Source of the DNA: Lama glama
Lineage: Eukaryota
DNA length: 64,000 bases
Assembly (NCBI GenBank): GCA_028534125.1
Contig: CM052817.1
Coordinates: forward strand, 81,656,001-81,720,000
Reading direction: 5' to 3'
This document shows positions 13,791 through 26,700 of this stretch, piece after piece; the stretch's first letter is position 1, and every line of letters starts with the position of its first letter. A program made the position numbers and the translations under genes. The notes under the pieces are model-generated. The model was given only the letters and a program-made list of their open reading frames with translations, ran no database searches and was not told where the DNA came from.

Positions 13791-15646
13791 ATGCTTTGAA
13801 ATTATAAAGCTGTTTACAATAATATCAACAATAATGTACCTTAGGTTTGCTATAGGAGAAAGCCATCTCTGTTTTTGTAAGCTATAATTAATCTAATTTT
13901 TGGTTACTTGCTGCTGACCACATATTAATTTAGACAAACTGTATTTTGGCCAAAGTGTGACCACATATTTGACTTAAAGTTTTAACAATCAGCATGACCA
14001 GTTATAATACATATTGCTTTTAAAAAATAAGAATGTTCCTCAGAGTTCTTACTAATGAACATACCATGTGGTGCAGTGAGCAGAATTCTTCCCAAACACA
14101 ATGATAGTAAGGAGAAATTCAGGCACCTTTTTAAGAAGTTTGATCCTTGATAGAATCAGGGTGAGAATTAAGGCTTCATAAAGTTAATACTTAAAGATTG
14201 AAAAGGAAAGCATAACTTAATTACTTTCTAGACCATCGCCCAAGAGAGTCATCATTCTTGCACGAAAGCTTTTAGAACACAGAGGTTATCAATCCATGAC
14301 TTATGGTGGCAGAGTTAATTGTTATATCTTTGTTGCGAAGGGGAGACAAGGTTTTGGCCATAGGCATCAAAAACTGGCCCTATACAAAGTCACTGTTACC
14401 ATGCAAGAAAGCAGAGATTCCTTTTTTTTCTTATTTTTACTGTCTTGCTCTAGAAATGCAGAAAAGTATCTGAAAGGGGAGCCTCTCACATATCACTTCC
14501 ACACCATGATTGCCGACACATCAGACAATGAGATTAGCTATTTTGTCTTTAAGTAACTGGTTTGCGTAAAATTTACTAATCAAGAAGTAATTGTTTGTCA
14601 GTCTAAAAAGCTAAAATTGTGCTCACATAAAGGATGCTTCTTTTAATTAATCTGTGGATGCCGATGGGAGATAAGTGGAATGGGGAAGTGTCCATCCTTG
14701 GAACTTTTGATATGTGACTGATATGGAAAAAACGAAGAAGATACAGAACTTATTTATAGATCGTTCCTTGGATCATTAATTCCCTTTTGAGAAATGGATA
14801 GTTGTAAAAGTGACTAAAGAAATAGCCTTTTCTTACTGGGGAAGAAGTGGTGCAGAAAATATAATTATCCATAATTATTTCTTTAATTAACTATTGGAAA
14901 GAACAAGAGATCAATGAAGATTCTGGAATGTGAAAGTTGGAGAGGACCAGAGAAACCACCCAGTGCATCCTCAGTGTATTTTGGACAATGAAAGAGAAGC
15001 TTGCATAAAGCTTCTACAGCTGACGACAGAAAATAAACTAAAGTAGTTTAAATGAACTCTTTTCCTACACAAGCATATGTATATCTTTAAGACTAGAAAT
15101 GACGTTTTTATCAGTCAACAAAATTGAAAGTATCTAAAACACATTATACTTTTATTTATACAATTTGATTTGAATTAGATTGTTGACATCAACAAAAGAT
15201 TAATTGACATTTTTTACTTTGTCAACTGTTGGGAAAAGCCAAAGCTAACTGATGCTATTTTGAGACCACTGTTGCTGTCTTCCTTTTAAGGAACTGCCCT
15301 TGACAAAAGTTTACTTGATATTGAATGCCTCACTTCTAAGGCAATTCACTGCTTACATCTGGGATGCTTTAAGTAAAAGTTAAAGGATCGCTAGATGAAA
15401 TGAGGCAATGTTAATTCTATGAGGGAACTAACTCTTTAAACAAAGAACGTGCTGCCAGATTAGAATGAAAAGAGAGTAGAATACATACGCAGTATTAAAA
15501 GAAGTGTGGGGTGAGTTTGAATAGAGTCTGTTTACGAGTATAAAGTTACTTAAGAATTTGATATTCCTCTTATACTCCAGGATGCTGTTTTAGAAGAGCA
15601 GAGATTTAGAGTCTATTTTCTGTTGTTGCTCTTTGCTTGTTTCAGT

Positions 15647-15670
15647 TGTCCACTGAAATAAATGCACAGC
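15647..15670 (-). repeat. 24-bp second copy of the LTR U5 terminus
   Basis: tgtccactgaaataaatgcacagc versus tgtcaactgaaataaacgcgcagc at 15701-15724 (21/24 identical). Confidence 0.9.
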
Positions 15671-15696
15671 GGGTTCGAGTCCCTTCATGGTCGCCA
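15671..15696 (-). other. Extended retroviral primer-binding site: copy of the 3' 26 nt of tRNA-Arg(TCG) including CCA
   Basis: Plus strand gggttcgagtcccttcatggtcgcca versus the recalled mammalian tRNA-Arg-TCG 3' end GGGTTCGAGTCCCTTCGTGGTCG-CCA (one CpG-type mismatch). The canonical 18-nt PBS is 15679-15696. Confidence 0.85.
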
Positions 15697-15700
15697 AAAC

Positions 15701-16168
15701 TGTCAACTGAAATAAACGCGCAGCCTAAAAGTTGAGAGTTACGTTTTATTTGGCGGGAGGACTTGAGCCGGGATGACAGCCCCTCAGATCGCACTGAGGG
15801 ACTGCTCTGAAGAGGTAGGAGAGGAGCTAGGATATATAGGAGCTTTACAACAAAGACCAGGTATTGGAACAATAGAAGATTACTTGTTATCTAAAGAAAA
15901 CCAGGCATCTCAAGTTAAAGAATTCAGTGCTTTTCTATGTATGGGAGGAAGCAAACATCTGGGCTCATTGTATTCATTCCTTTGACAAGCACCTAGCTAT
16001 CTAGGGCCAGTATCCTGTCCTTTCTTATTCTGAGTCCCCTCAGGGTGCACCACTATGAGTGGCTGTGGAGGCTGGCCTGCTGGCCTGTCCTCACTGGGGG
16101 TGGCGACAGCCGCTGATGACTTGGTTTCAGCATTGTTTACCGATATGGTTGCAGTATTTTTGTTCACA
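15701..16168 (-). mobile_element. ERV1-class LTR followed by a tRNA-Arg primer-binding site
   Basis: Minus strand begins TGTGAAC and ends GTTGACA; TATA-like sequence at 15831-15840; AATAAA at 15745-15750; followed by gttt and TGGCGACCATGAAGGGAC. Confidence 0.85.
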
Positions 16169-16849
16169 CAGCACTGCGCTTTCCTTCCTACTCGTTTTAT
16201 TATTTATTTGTGAACTCAGTTGGGTATGAATATGTAGACTTTTTTCCTTTGAGTTTTCTCTTCCTCATAAATCCAACGGAAAAGATTCTTCTCACACCTC
16301 TAAGAATGTTATAACTGGCTGTCAAATCAATTACAAACACTAATTCTGCACCTATTGTATGTCTTTAATGTCCAGGACTCTGTTTTATCCCACTTTCTAA
16401 TAAGTATCTTGGCTCTATCAACACAAATAAGAGTATCTACCACCAGGAGAAAGTCAGCAATCTCTCAGTCTAATCCCACTCGGTTTTGCATCCGGATTCT
16501 CTTTTCCACCTCACTCTTCTTAGTTGATTCAGGTCTTGCCTATATGACCAAAGCAAACCTTTGCTTAAAGCTGTTTCCTACCTAAAAAGATCACCTTATT
16601 TCCGTTTAACTGTTCATGCCAATTTGTTTTAGTCTCCAAGAAGAAACAAAAAAAGTGAAAAAAGAAATCAGAAAAGGGAAGAGCCCCTGCCTTAGTTCTC
16701 CATTTCCTTTTCATTTTTTCAAACAACTGAACTAATAACGTGGCTCTGCCTGAAATGAAGAAGATTCTGGATGTCCAGAGTATCTGGCTTCTTGCCTGTT
16801 TTGTCTCTGACGTTTTGAAATGTTAATCACTTCTGCTTCTTTCTTTATC

Positions 16850-17225
16850 ACTCTAATGATTTTCTATCAGTTTTCTTTATTATTATCTTTCAGCTTCTCT
16901 AACTCTGCTCTTTCTCTTCAGCATCTCACTGAGCACTAATTCAGTCCCTTCTCGTCCTAGATACAGGGCTGTATCACCAGATCAACCTTCTCATTCTGCC
17001 ATTAAGAGTAGATTTCTCCTCAAATCTTGTTCTTAGCTCTTGTCCTTTTCTACCTTACCATGTTGTTTTTAAATCCCCTATTTCCTTCTATGCCTCAAAT
17101 AACATCTCCATGAGAATTATTTCTGCATTTTATGAAGAACGTCAGGTGGTTAACCCACTTTTCCCTTAGACAGTTTAGCCTGTACTTTAAATGCACCTGT
17201 CCATAATTTGAGTCTCTAATCACTG
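16850..17225 (+). mobile_element. L2 LINE fragment
   Basis: Pyrimidine-rich; 'ctcaaatcttgttcttagctcttgtccttttcta' resembles L2 ORF2 sequence. Confidence 0.45.
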
Positions 17226-19059
17226 GTTCTGCTCTATCACACAGTACACTGCAGGTCCACGGGCAAAGCCCAGCTCTGCACCCAGGCGTTCCTGGGTACT
17301 TTGCTAGCTTTGCGACAGCTGAGTGGTGGGAAATTGGGGAAGGTTGTTACCTATGGCATATTGGAGAAGTTTCTTACCTTTCCCAAGATTTATTTTCCTC
17401 AGTAATTTGATGGGTATAATAATGATACTGCTTTAAGCTTAATTTAAAGATCACAAGAAGGAAAGTAGAAAGGTAGAAAATAAATCAAGAAATGCAGAAG
17501 AATAAAATCAATTAAGCAGAATGTCCCAAGATATGGATGGTTTGCAAAGACAACAGCGAGAGGAGGACCTCGGGAAAGCAGATACATCTAACAAATGATT
17601 TGGCGACTTTGAAAGTTAGTTTTTGTTTTATTTTCATTTAGTAGGATTGTGTCTGCCATTTGCATGAAATCATTATTTTGGCTTATAGCCCAACTACATA
17701 TTTTATTCACCTCTCTTAATACAATAATTCAAGTTCCAAAAAAAGAGGAAATTCACTTATTCTCATATCTCCGGGTTTGTACATATACCAAAGCCATCAT
17801 TTCATGCAGAAAAACATGGCAATACTTTAGATTCATAAATATATTTGTTTTGTAATATACAGTATTTTGTGATCGTATATTTTAACCTAACTTGTTTATA
17901 CTTCTTATCCCTGTAAAACTGGAAACTTTTTTGACTAGCAAGTTTAGAAAAGATAAATGAATTAATTTAGTGAATCAAATATGCTATACAAGCCAAAATT
18001 TTCTTGGGAAATGTTCTTAAGACTATAATTGAATGAAAACAAAAGGAGTCACTTTCATTCTATAAAGACTTGAATTATTTATGAAGATAAAAAATTCTCC
18101 AAGGTACATAAAGTTCTGGTAGAATTCATTCTGTATTTCAACTTTCTCTATAAACCTTTGATATTTATGAAAGACAAATGCACATACTGCATATATATAT
18201 ATACAATATATAATAAAAGTATAATGATACATGTAATATAGTACTACATATATATTTGCCCATCAAAATTTTGAATTAGTTTTCAAGGATGAACTAACTT
18301 TTTCAAAGTTTAGAGCATGGTGGACTGCTACACTCTGGTAAAGTGTAAGTATTATTTTCCTTCTCGATTATCCACTAGTACTATTCCCTTTAATTATTTA
18401 TTCTTCTGTAATATAGAACATTTCCTTAACAAAGACTTAGCCAATCACTGGTGCTTTTCATTTTTAGCTACATCAGCCTTGTATACACATAGAACCCAAA
18501 TAATTTTTAGAGATCAAGATTTTTTTTAGCTCCTGAATCCTTTAAAGAAAATGTATTTAATGCTCACTAGTCACTAGGGCTGAAGGACTTGGTGCCTGAA
18601 TGATTGTACTATTGGAAATAGAATGGGGGGGCGGGGCTTAAAATCAAACTGGAATTTTTTTTTCCTACTTTATGGGACCCTGAGAAAATTCTAAAGAGCA
18701 AAGTTTGAAAATCATATATCAAATAACATTTACTTTATTTAAAGCAATTTGTTGGGATGTTTGTTTTTGTACACACAGAGTGTGTACCAACAACTTCAAG
18801 TATAATAAGTTGTCAAATGTTTTAACTTGGAATATATTAAGGAAAACACCTTAGCTAGGATGTAAGGCAACACAGATGAACTCATTCAGTCCGAACAAGA
18901 AAATCTATTACATACCTTGAAGAGAAGAAGAACTCAGTTTGGGATCAATATTATGCTGTAAATGTTTCATAAAAAGATGGGTCAGAAAGTAAATGGAGAA
19001 TGTCACAAATTTGGTAATAAAATGACATTGGTCTAGATACGAGAAGCTAAGGAAACTGT

Positions 19060-19590
19060 AAATGCTTCAGGATAATTTTGGCTGCAAATAGCCTAAAAGG
19101 CTATTTAGAATGGCTTATATGCCAAAAGGGGGGTCTACTGACTTTCATAAATTCAGCAACTCAAAAGTGTAGTTAGGATCTGGTTTCTTTTGACTTTGCC
19201 TTTGGGGATAAAAGCTTTAGGGCCCCAAGACGCCTGCAAAGATTGATAACCATGGCCAAATGCTTCCTCAATGATATCCAAAGAGGGGGAGCAGGGAGAG
19301 AAGTTCCTGATAGTTCTGTCGAAGAACAAAGTAGCTAGTTTCCTAAACAACCCATCACTTTAATTGAGTCATTTGCCCTTACCTGAATTAATTACTGTGG
19401 GAGGAGGGTGGACTTTGCTGAATGATTTAAACCAATCAGGGCCCACCTTTCTTGTTGAAAGTAGTGTCAGGGACTCTACTCACTGAGAACAGGAAGCATC
19501 ACTCAATGGAATACTGGGAATATTTGGCAGAAAAAGAAGAAACAGTTTGGGGAGAGGGGTGTTAAGCTGCAGATATCTACCCAGCATAGA
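19060..19590 (-). mobile_element. Old MaLR (MLT1J/K/L-like) LTR
   Basis: 'caggataattttggctgcaaata', 'gagtcatttgcccttacctgaattaattactgtgg', 'aaaccaatcagggcccacc'. Confidence 0.65.
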
Positions 19591-19694
19591 AGAGGTGATT
19601 GGGTCTGAGTGAAGTTTTTTCCCCAAGCGTGTACCTCTATTAAAGCCTTTGTTCCTGCTTCATTTCATCATGCTTGCTTCTCTCGTTAGAATGG

Positions 19695-19930
19695 CTATGT
19701 AGTGCAGTGGTTAAAGCTGACCTGAAGCCCTAATGTGAGTTCAAAACCTAACTCTATCACTTTCTAACTACATGTGCTTGGGCAAATTACTCAATTTCTC
19801 TGTGCTTCAGTCTCTTCAACTTATATTATATCTAATAATAGTAGCTAGTTACTATCATAATTATGCAGCTTTTATAAGTTAATCCATGTAAATTATTTAG
19901 AACAATACTGACCATATAATTATTATTAAG
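19695..19930 (+). mobile_element. MIR SINE
   Basis: 'gcagtggttaaagc..gagttcaaaacc..ttgggcaaattactcaatttctctgtgcttcagt..ttagaacaatactgac'. Confidence 0.8.
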
Positions 19931-20225
19931 TCAAACTTAATGGCTGCCATAGGAGATAGGATTTTGACATATGGCACATATGTATGTGTGTATATATATG
20001 TATATACAATATAGAATATAGAATATAAATTAATCTTTAAAGTATCTCTCAAATCAAAATCTTGCTTTTTTTCTGTCATCATTTTGTTTAAGCTTTTTGT
20101 CTTTGCTTTTGCTTTCGTACCTCAATCCATCTAAATTATCTTATGTTGATAAAAGATTATTGTTTAATGTACCATGTTCATGCTTCCTCATCTTCTGTTT
20201 CCAGTGTTACTTAGCAATTAAACTC

Positions 20226-20748
20226 TGTTGACCATTGTATGACTGTTAGCATAACTGACACCATCTTGGGTTTGTTCAGTTTCTCTTGTCCTTCCACTGA
20301 CCCTACCTAGAGCTGTACTGTGTAGTAAATCTCTTTCCTGTCATCAAGGGCTTTGTAGTTAATAGATATTGTTTAATGATCATTAGGCCCAGGTGGCCTC
20401 TATGCTCTGTTAGTCTCCAAACAATGATGAAGACCTTCCCTGACGTATTCCTGGCTCCCGCAAGACCTGTTACCCATTCATAAATCTTGACTTAGGAATG
20501 CATTTCCTGTTTCCAAGCACATACCCCCATACCCTAAGTTAACCATAAAATTGTCCCAATGGCTTCTTGATGGTGATGAGTGCAGGTGCCAATGCTTCCC
20601 AGTTGTTGTCCACCAGATCCTACCCTATGGGTAAGTTACCTTACAATAAACTGATCCATCGATTATATGGAGCTGCCTACCTCATTTTTCCCTCTCAAGA
20701 TTCCTTCTCAGTTCAGTGGGCACTGTTCGTTCCCTCTGTCCTCCAACA
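20226..20748 (+). mobile_element. Solo ERV LTR, ~523 bp
   Basis: TGTTG...CAACA termini, AATAAA at 20645-20650, and a composition shift from the flanks; TSD not clearly preserved. Confidence 0.65.
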
Positions 20749-22099
20749 ACCATCTAGTATTTAAGGCTTGTTAGACAACCTCCATTTCCACATGTTCAAT
20801 TAGACTAACTACTGTTCCCCAGAGTTGCACGTTTTCTGAACTCCAGATCATTTCTCATATTGTTTCCTGTTTTTGTATGTTTCTTTTTCCATTTTTATCT
20901 TTTTACTAGATCTACCTTAAATAACACCTCCTCTATAAAAATTTCCAGATTTCTGACAACTGGATGTACACTAGAAGTTATTTTAATATTCCTCCAATCA
21001 CAGAACTTAGTTACTAACACTCCCTACTCTCTCAAACATTCAGCTACTACATGTGCAGCACCCAACATCCAAGGCCCAAAGTCTGCAGAGTTGGCTCCTG
21101 TGTTTACAGAGTTCATTGTCTTTGTTCCTTAAAATACAGCAATTACGTTTGTTATTATAATTATGAGACTTAAAATGCTTTCTAATTCACTGAATTTACA
21201 AAAGAGCATTATATCTAAAAAAGGCTAATTGAATTTTTTTGAAATATAAAAGTAAATAGATGAAAAGACTACAATTGAATTAGATATTGAGGATGGAGTT
21301 TAAGAAACCAGGAAAATAAAGCAAAACAAAATCTAGAGTTATTATGCACTCAGATTGTTTCATTAATATTTTAAAAATTACTATAGAAATAGCAATGAAA
21401 ATTCCAGTTAGGGGCCTATGATTACTATTTATACAAGAAAGACCTTGTAAGACAAGAACAGGACAGCTCTACTCAGAGAAAAGTCCTGCACTCTGTGTTA
21501 AAATGTAGGCAAATTGTTTTCTTCTCCTTGTTTAAAATTTAATTTAAATATGTAAGGTGAATATGTATTTTTAAATGAGTCTTTGCTTTAAAAAGTCAAT
21601 CAACTTCCTTTACTAATCACTCAGATGAATAACCAGAAACTGCATTATTACATATATGCTGTTTTGGCATTCTTTATTTCTTAAATGTTCAGGAACTGGG
21701 AGTATCAGAACAACAAAATACCTGTTCTTTAAATGAATTCAGATTCTATTGAACAGACAAGTATAAACATAATTACAAAACATTTGGGTAAAAGCTGATG
21801 GAGCTTTTCATTAACTACTATTGCTCTGTGAGTATCAAACCCTCCTCTAAAATGGAGTCTCTGGAAGGCCCGCATTGTTTTTACTTCATATTCTGTCAAA
21901 TTAAGGTTGTTAAATGGATAAACTGAACTCAGTTTGAGACAGGGTAACAAAGCTAACAAAAAGTTATAACATCTAGAGGGTTGTAAAATGTGAAAATCAT
22001 TTTGCACTATGCATAGATAAACAAGAACATATTACCTTATTTAGCACAGCTTCGTGCAGAAAATATTCAGTTTAACAGTTCCTTATGTTTCCTATATTG

Positions 22100-22310
22100 A
22101 ATAATACTAGATATTAATCGAGTTCTCACTAAGATCCAAGCACTAGTCTAAATGCTTTACAAGTATTAACTCAATTAGCAAGGAAACCCTAAGAATTTAG
22201 TTTTATTATTGTTCCCACAAAAAAATAGGATGATTTGCCCAAGTAACAGAGTAAGTGCAAAACCAGGATTCAAAACCACACAGTAAGGCTCTAGAGATCC
22301 TGCTCCCAGT
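22100..22310 (-). mobile_element. MIR SINE
   Basis: 'ctaaatgctttacaagtattaactca..gatttgcccaag..ccaggattcaaaac'. Confidence 0.75.
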
Positions 22311-22319
22311 TTCAACTGA

Positions 22320-22560
22320 GTATTTATTCATTCAATGGGCAATTGCAGAGGGTATATTTATTGTCAGTTACTGTGCTGGGTTTGGGGGCAAAAGAATGAA
22401 TAAGATATAATCCTTTCTTTCAGAGAATTTGTTGTCAAATGAAGGGAGGCAAAATAAATAAATATGCAAAAATGGTAGAGGTTTTATTTTAGATACATTC
22501 ACAAAAAGTATAAAGCAAAGAATGCTAATCTCCTGGGGACATGTGGCATCTAAATAGAGT
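22320..22560 (-). mobile_element. L2 LINE 3' end
   Basis: 'tttattcattcaa..actgtgctgggtttggggg..gaatgaataagatataatcct'. Confidence 0.65.
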
Positions 22561-23527
22561 TTAATATAAAATTTAAAATTTTATTACATTCTGAGCTTCA
22601 AAGAAAAGTTGAGACTCATCCATGATCATTGATTAAGACAAATAAAAATAGGTGGAGAATATAATTACAAATCTATATATTTGCTTTCATTTCTTAAGGA
22701 TATTTAATGTGCTAATATTGAATTCCTATAACTATATGTGGCTTTCATAGATAACATAAAATTTTGCAAGCTGTTTTATCATATGGACTAATGCCACTAA
22801 AAAGAATGCATTTCTGTGATGTGATGTGTGGTAAATAGCCACTAATTTCCCATATGTTGATTTATTCTGAGTCAACTATAACTTTTGATCAGGGATTGGA
22901 AGATCCATCGTTTCCTCTTAAAAGTGTGCAATAGCTAGCACAAATTCCCTGAACTGGGGGAAGAAAAGACTAATTTTAAAATTTGTTTATATTGTCAGTA
23001 TTTCATTTCACTGTAAAAGATGAATTTTAAGGGGAATGCTATCAGGAAAGCAAAATAGCAAAACATATCTATTCTAAGTACTGCCAAAGGAAGTAAAAAT
23101 AAAGTATGTGCTAACATCACACTTAAAATTTTATTTTTAAAAATATTTACAGTGCTTATCATGCTGCTAGTGATGAGTAATTATGAAAGGAATAAAATAC
23201 TAATCACAACCTTCATAGAAGACAGTAAAAGAGTTTGAAGTGAAACAACATGTGGTTCTTGCTGTAGGCAGACACACTTGCTGCCATTCCCACAAGGACA
23301 GTGTCTTGTAATAAAATACAGCCACTAAGTTCCAGCAAATCCGAAAACTGACCTGCTTTTATTTTACTTGTTAAGTATAAACATTTTTTGAGTTAAGATT
23401 TTCAAACTTTTTGGTGCTAAACATTTTTAGTAAACAGTAGTCAACTGAGTCAATCAAACATCTTACATTTTATACCAGGAATTGATGTAGAAAAAGTTCT
23501 AAATGCATTTCACCTTACAATAATAAG

Positions 23528-23715
23528 GTAGTCCCCCCTATTTACAAGGATAGGTTTCAAGACCCCCAGCAGATGCCTAAAACGACAGATAGTACTGAAC
23601 CCTATATATATATATGCGATGTTTTTTCCTATACACATATACCTATGACAAAGTTTATTTCCTAAATTAGGCACAGTAAGAGATTAACAACAATAACTAA
23701 TAATACAATAGAAAA
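23528..23715 (-). mobile_element. Tc1/mariner-Tigger DNA transposon fragment (MER44/Tigger7-like), one terminus
   Basis: 'gtagtcccccc..ttcaagacccccagcagatgcctaaaac..atagtactgaaccctatata..aaattaggcacagtaagagattaacaacaataactaa'. Confidence 0.85.
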
Positions 23716-26700
23716 AGATACAATTAAAAGAATCATTTTCCATACCACATTGCATTCAGGGACGCAGTGACCTCAGCTTTGCCCACCATTTTCTGCTGTC
23801 CCAGAGACTTCTCATGAGCTACTATTTTAGTTATATAGATCCATCCATTTCTGGATTTTGTGACATCTCTAAGCCAGGTTAGTTCACTCTTTCAAAGCAT
23901 ACCCTTCTTAACAAAACCCTACTTACTGCTCAAGATCTAGCTCAGGAGCAACACCCTAGACGCAAGTCAACCACTTTGAGCTATAGTGAATCTATAATTT
24001 AAACGATAATACCACATATTTAGTTAATCAGGATGTGAAAAAAATTGTATATACTTGGCTGAAAAATGTGTACATCTTGGCTGAAATAGTAATTGATATT
24101 CTAAGCAATGTCCACTATTTTGCAAGTGACTACACTGTTTATTCTAGCCAGGATGTGCTTATATGTTACACTGTTACGTAAGGAAAGGGGTCCAGAGGGT
24201 CTGGTCAGCCTTAGTTACACGAGGAGCCTCAAAAATTAGGAGAACTGGGGAATCAAGTTGCTTATCAGTCCGAGAGAGAAAGCTGTTTCCCCTGAAACAT
24301 TTATTACACCTCTAATCTGTCCCAGATACTCTAACAGAGATTACTTTAACCTTTGAAATAACTTGGTGAAGTTCATTTCTCTAATTAACCGATGATTAAA
24401 CTGATGGATGGAGAAATGAGGTAAACTCGCAGAGCTCACAGAGCTAGTGAATCACAGGGGAAGGGTTTAAATCTAGATGTCTCCTTCCCTTTGCCAGGTA
24501 ACGTGAACACCTGGTAACAAGGATGAGCTCCCTGGAACTGGTGTAGATCTGTGGGAGCCAAGCTTGTGAAATTAACTCTTGTGGTCACTTGGAATGACCT
24601 TCCAGTTGCAGACTGTTTCAGGTCTGTAATAACTTTAGCAAAAAGTGCACAGTCAGGGCAACTGTGAAAACTTAGTTTCCTTACCAGCTCAGTTTTAGCT
24701 TTTAAGGCAGAATCAGAGTTTTGCTGATCTGCCTGAGTCATGTGCTTCTATTTAAGGAGGCTTGAATTTAGCTGAAGAGTGAAGCAGGATGCGTGAGGGA
24801 GATGGTTAGAAACATCCCTTTGTCTCTCTTTCAAAGCACACTCTTCTGCCCAGATTATGGCTTTGAAGTTAGGGGAACAGACAAGGGGAAGACATAGCCA
24901 AATCCTCAGTATTATTTCATGTAACATAAACTATTGGAGGGCTTAACTAATTGAAGTTGAGATAAACCATAGTTTATGGTTTATGCACTTGGTGACTAAG
25001 TGGAAAACATTTCCATTACTTTCATTTCTGACTTTGAATCATTACTATCCAAATTTTATTTTGTCACAACACTCAATTCTATTCTTGAATCCAATCTTCT
25101 ATTGCCACTAAAATGAGTTTCTTTAATGCAGCTTGTGAATTCTATTACCTATATTAAAAACATGTTTGAAACAATTGTTTTAAAAACATCATAAATTTGG
25201 AACTATTTTGCATTTTAATTGTAACTGTGATATTTTTCACTATTTTTAGAAGCCCTCAACACATAGTTCCATATAATCAAGAGATCCCTTTGTTTCCTCT
25301 GCAGTCTCATTATAGCAGTTGATTGTTGTAAAATGAATTGGTAGATACAGATGATAAATTCAAGAATTTCTGATAATTTAAAAATAACTTGTCTGCAGTG
25401 TGCAGGTATAAGTGGTAACTAACACGCAGATTTTGGGAGTTGCTCTGTAATGAATGCACTTTTATCTCTTTCTTTCAAGCTGGATATTGGAAGGTGACTT
25501 GGTAGCATTCAAGTTCACATGGTCAGATCCTCAATTTTCTAGTTTGTGAGACTAAACTCTTTCAGTGTAATTTACTTTACCTGGATTTCATGTCTTAAAT
25601 AATTCCAACAAAACTCAGTCATGACATGCACGTATCAAAATGCCAGGACAGTGTGTACTTTAATTCGGCAAGGGTAAAATACTCCTGTGTGGTACTCATG
25701 ACACCCCCTTCTTGGTGTCAGGGTGTCTGGAGAGCAAACTAGGAAGCAAAAGATTGGGTAGTGGCAGTTAGAAAAGGAAAGAGTTAGACTGCCCAGCCCA
25801 AGAAAGAAACAGAAATGTAATGGGTATGAGTGTGATAAAGCTAGGTATTTAAGAAAGTTCAGTGGTACAAATTGTACACATTCGGCTGTATTATTGATTA
25901 AGCAGAATTTCCTAGACTACCATAAACATCTTTAACTTCTTTTTTTTTTTTTTGGTCTCATACATGAGGAAATGTGTCTGGATCTAACTAAGCAATGATA
26001 CAACCAGTTTATACATTGTGGACCCTAGCTCTTGAGAGCTTCTGTTTCCTTTTGTCCACTTTGAATCCTGTATCTTATTGATTTTAATAATGAAATAAAA
26101 TCAACCAAGTCTAAAATTAAACTAGAAAAGAATTTATTCTACTGATTTTTATTTTTATAAAGTGAGGTAATCTTTTTTAATCCACACTACATTGAATGAT
26201 CAGATTCCTTCCCTGGTCTTACCCTTCCCATTGTTTTCCTATGATCGTACAATTTTCCCCTTTGTTTCCAGCTTGATTTGATTTAACCATGAGTAGTGCT
26301 AAAGCACCTTCATTATTGAAAGTCGATGCTTATTTTTATTCTTTTGTTCTAGAAATGTACCTAACTTAAAAACAAGAGCATGTGTTATCCATGCCCAAAC
26401 TATCTTATTAGAAACACCCTACTTTCCGACTGACAAGACACGACACTAAATATGTTATTTGCTCCATTGCTTAGCTGCATTAAGCTGTAAAGAGCATTTG
26501 GTTCAGCAAAGGCAGCTGGTGATATGAATGCAATGTCAGCCACTACCGTGGCTATAAAAAAAGACAGATTAAGTTCATAACTGTGGCCATAACCTTGGTC
26601 TAATAAAATAAAACAAAATCAGGCCCATTATGGTGTGTTTATTGCCATCTGTTACTAAATACTTCATTTAGATGATTCTGGAACAGCTTCATAGCCTTCA

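Noticed and set aside
15671..15696. tRNA-Arg gene
   Set aside because: Only the 3' 26 nt are present, with encoded CCA and adjacent to an LTR; it is a primer-derived copy, not a gene.
15647..15724. CRISPR-like repeat-spacer-repeat (24-30-24 bp)
   Set aside because: Mammalian DNA, only two repeats, and fully explained as LTR U5 ends flanking a tRNA-derived PBS.
24040..24086. Short tandem duplication of ~22 bp (..cttggctgaaa..); similar cases near 48190 and 49466
   Set aside because: Ordinary slippage-type micro-duplications with no sign of function.
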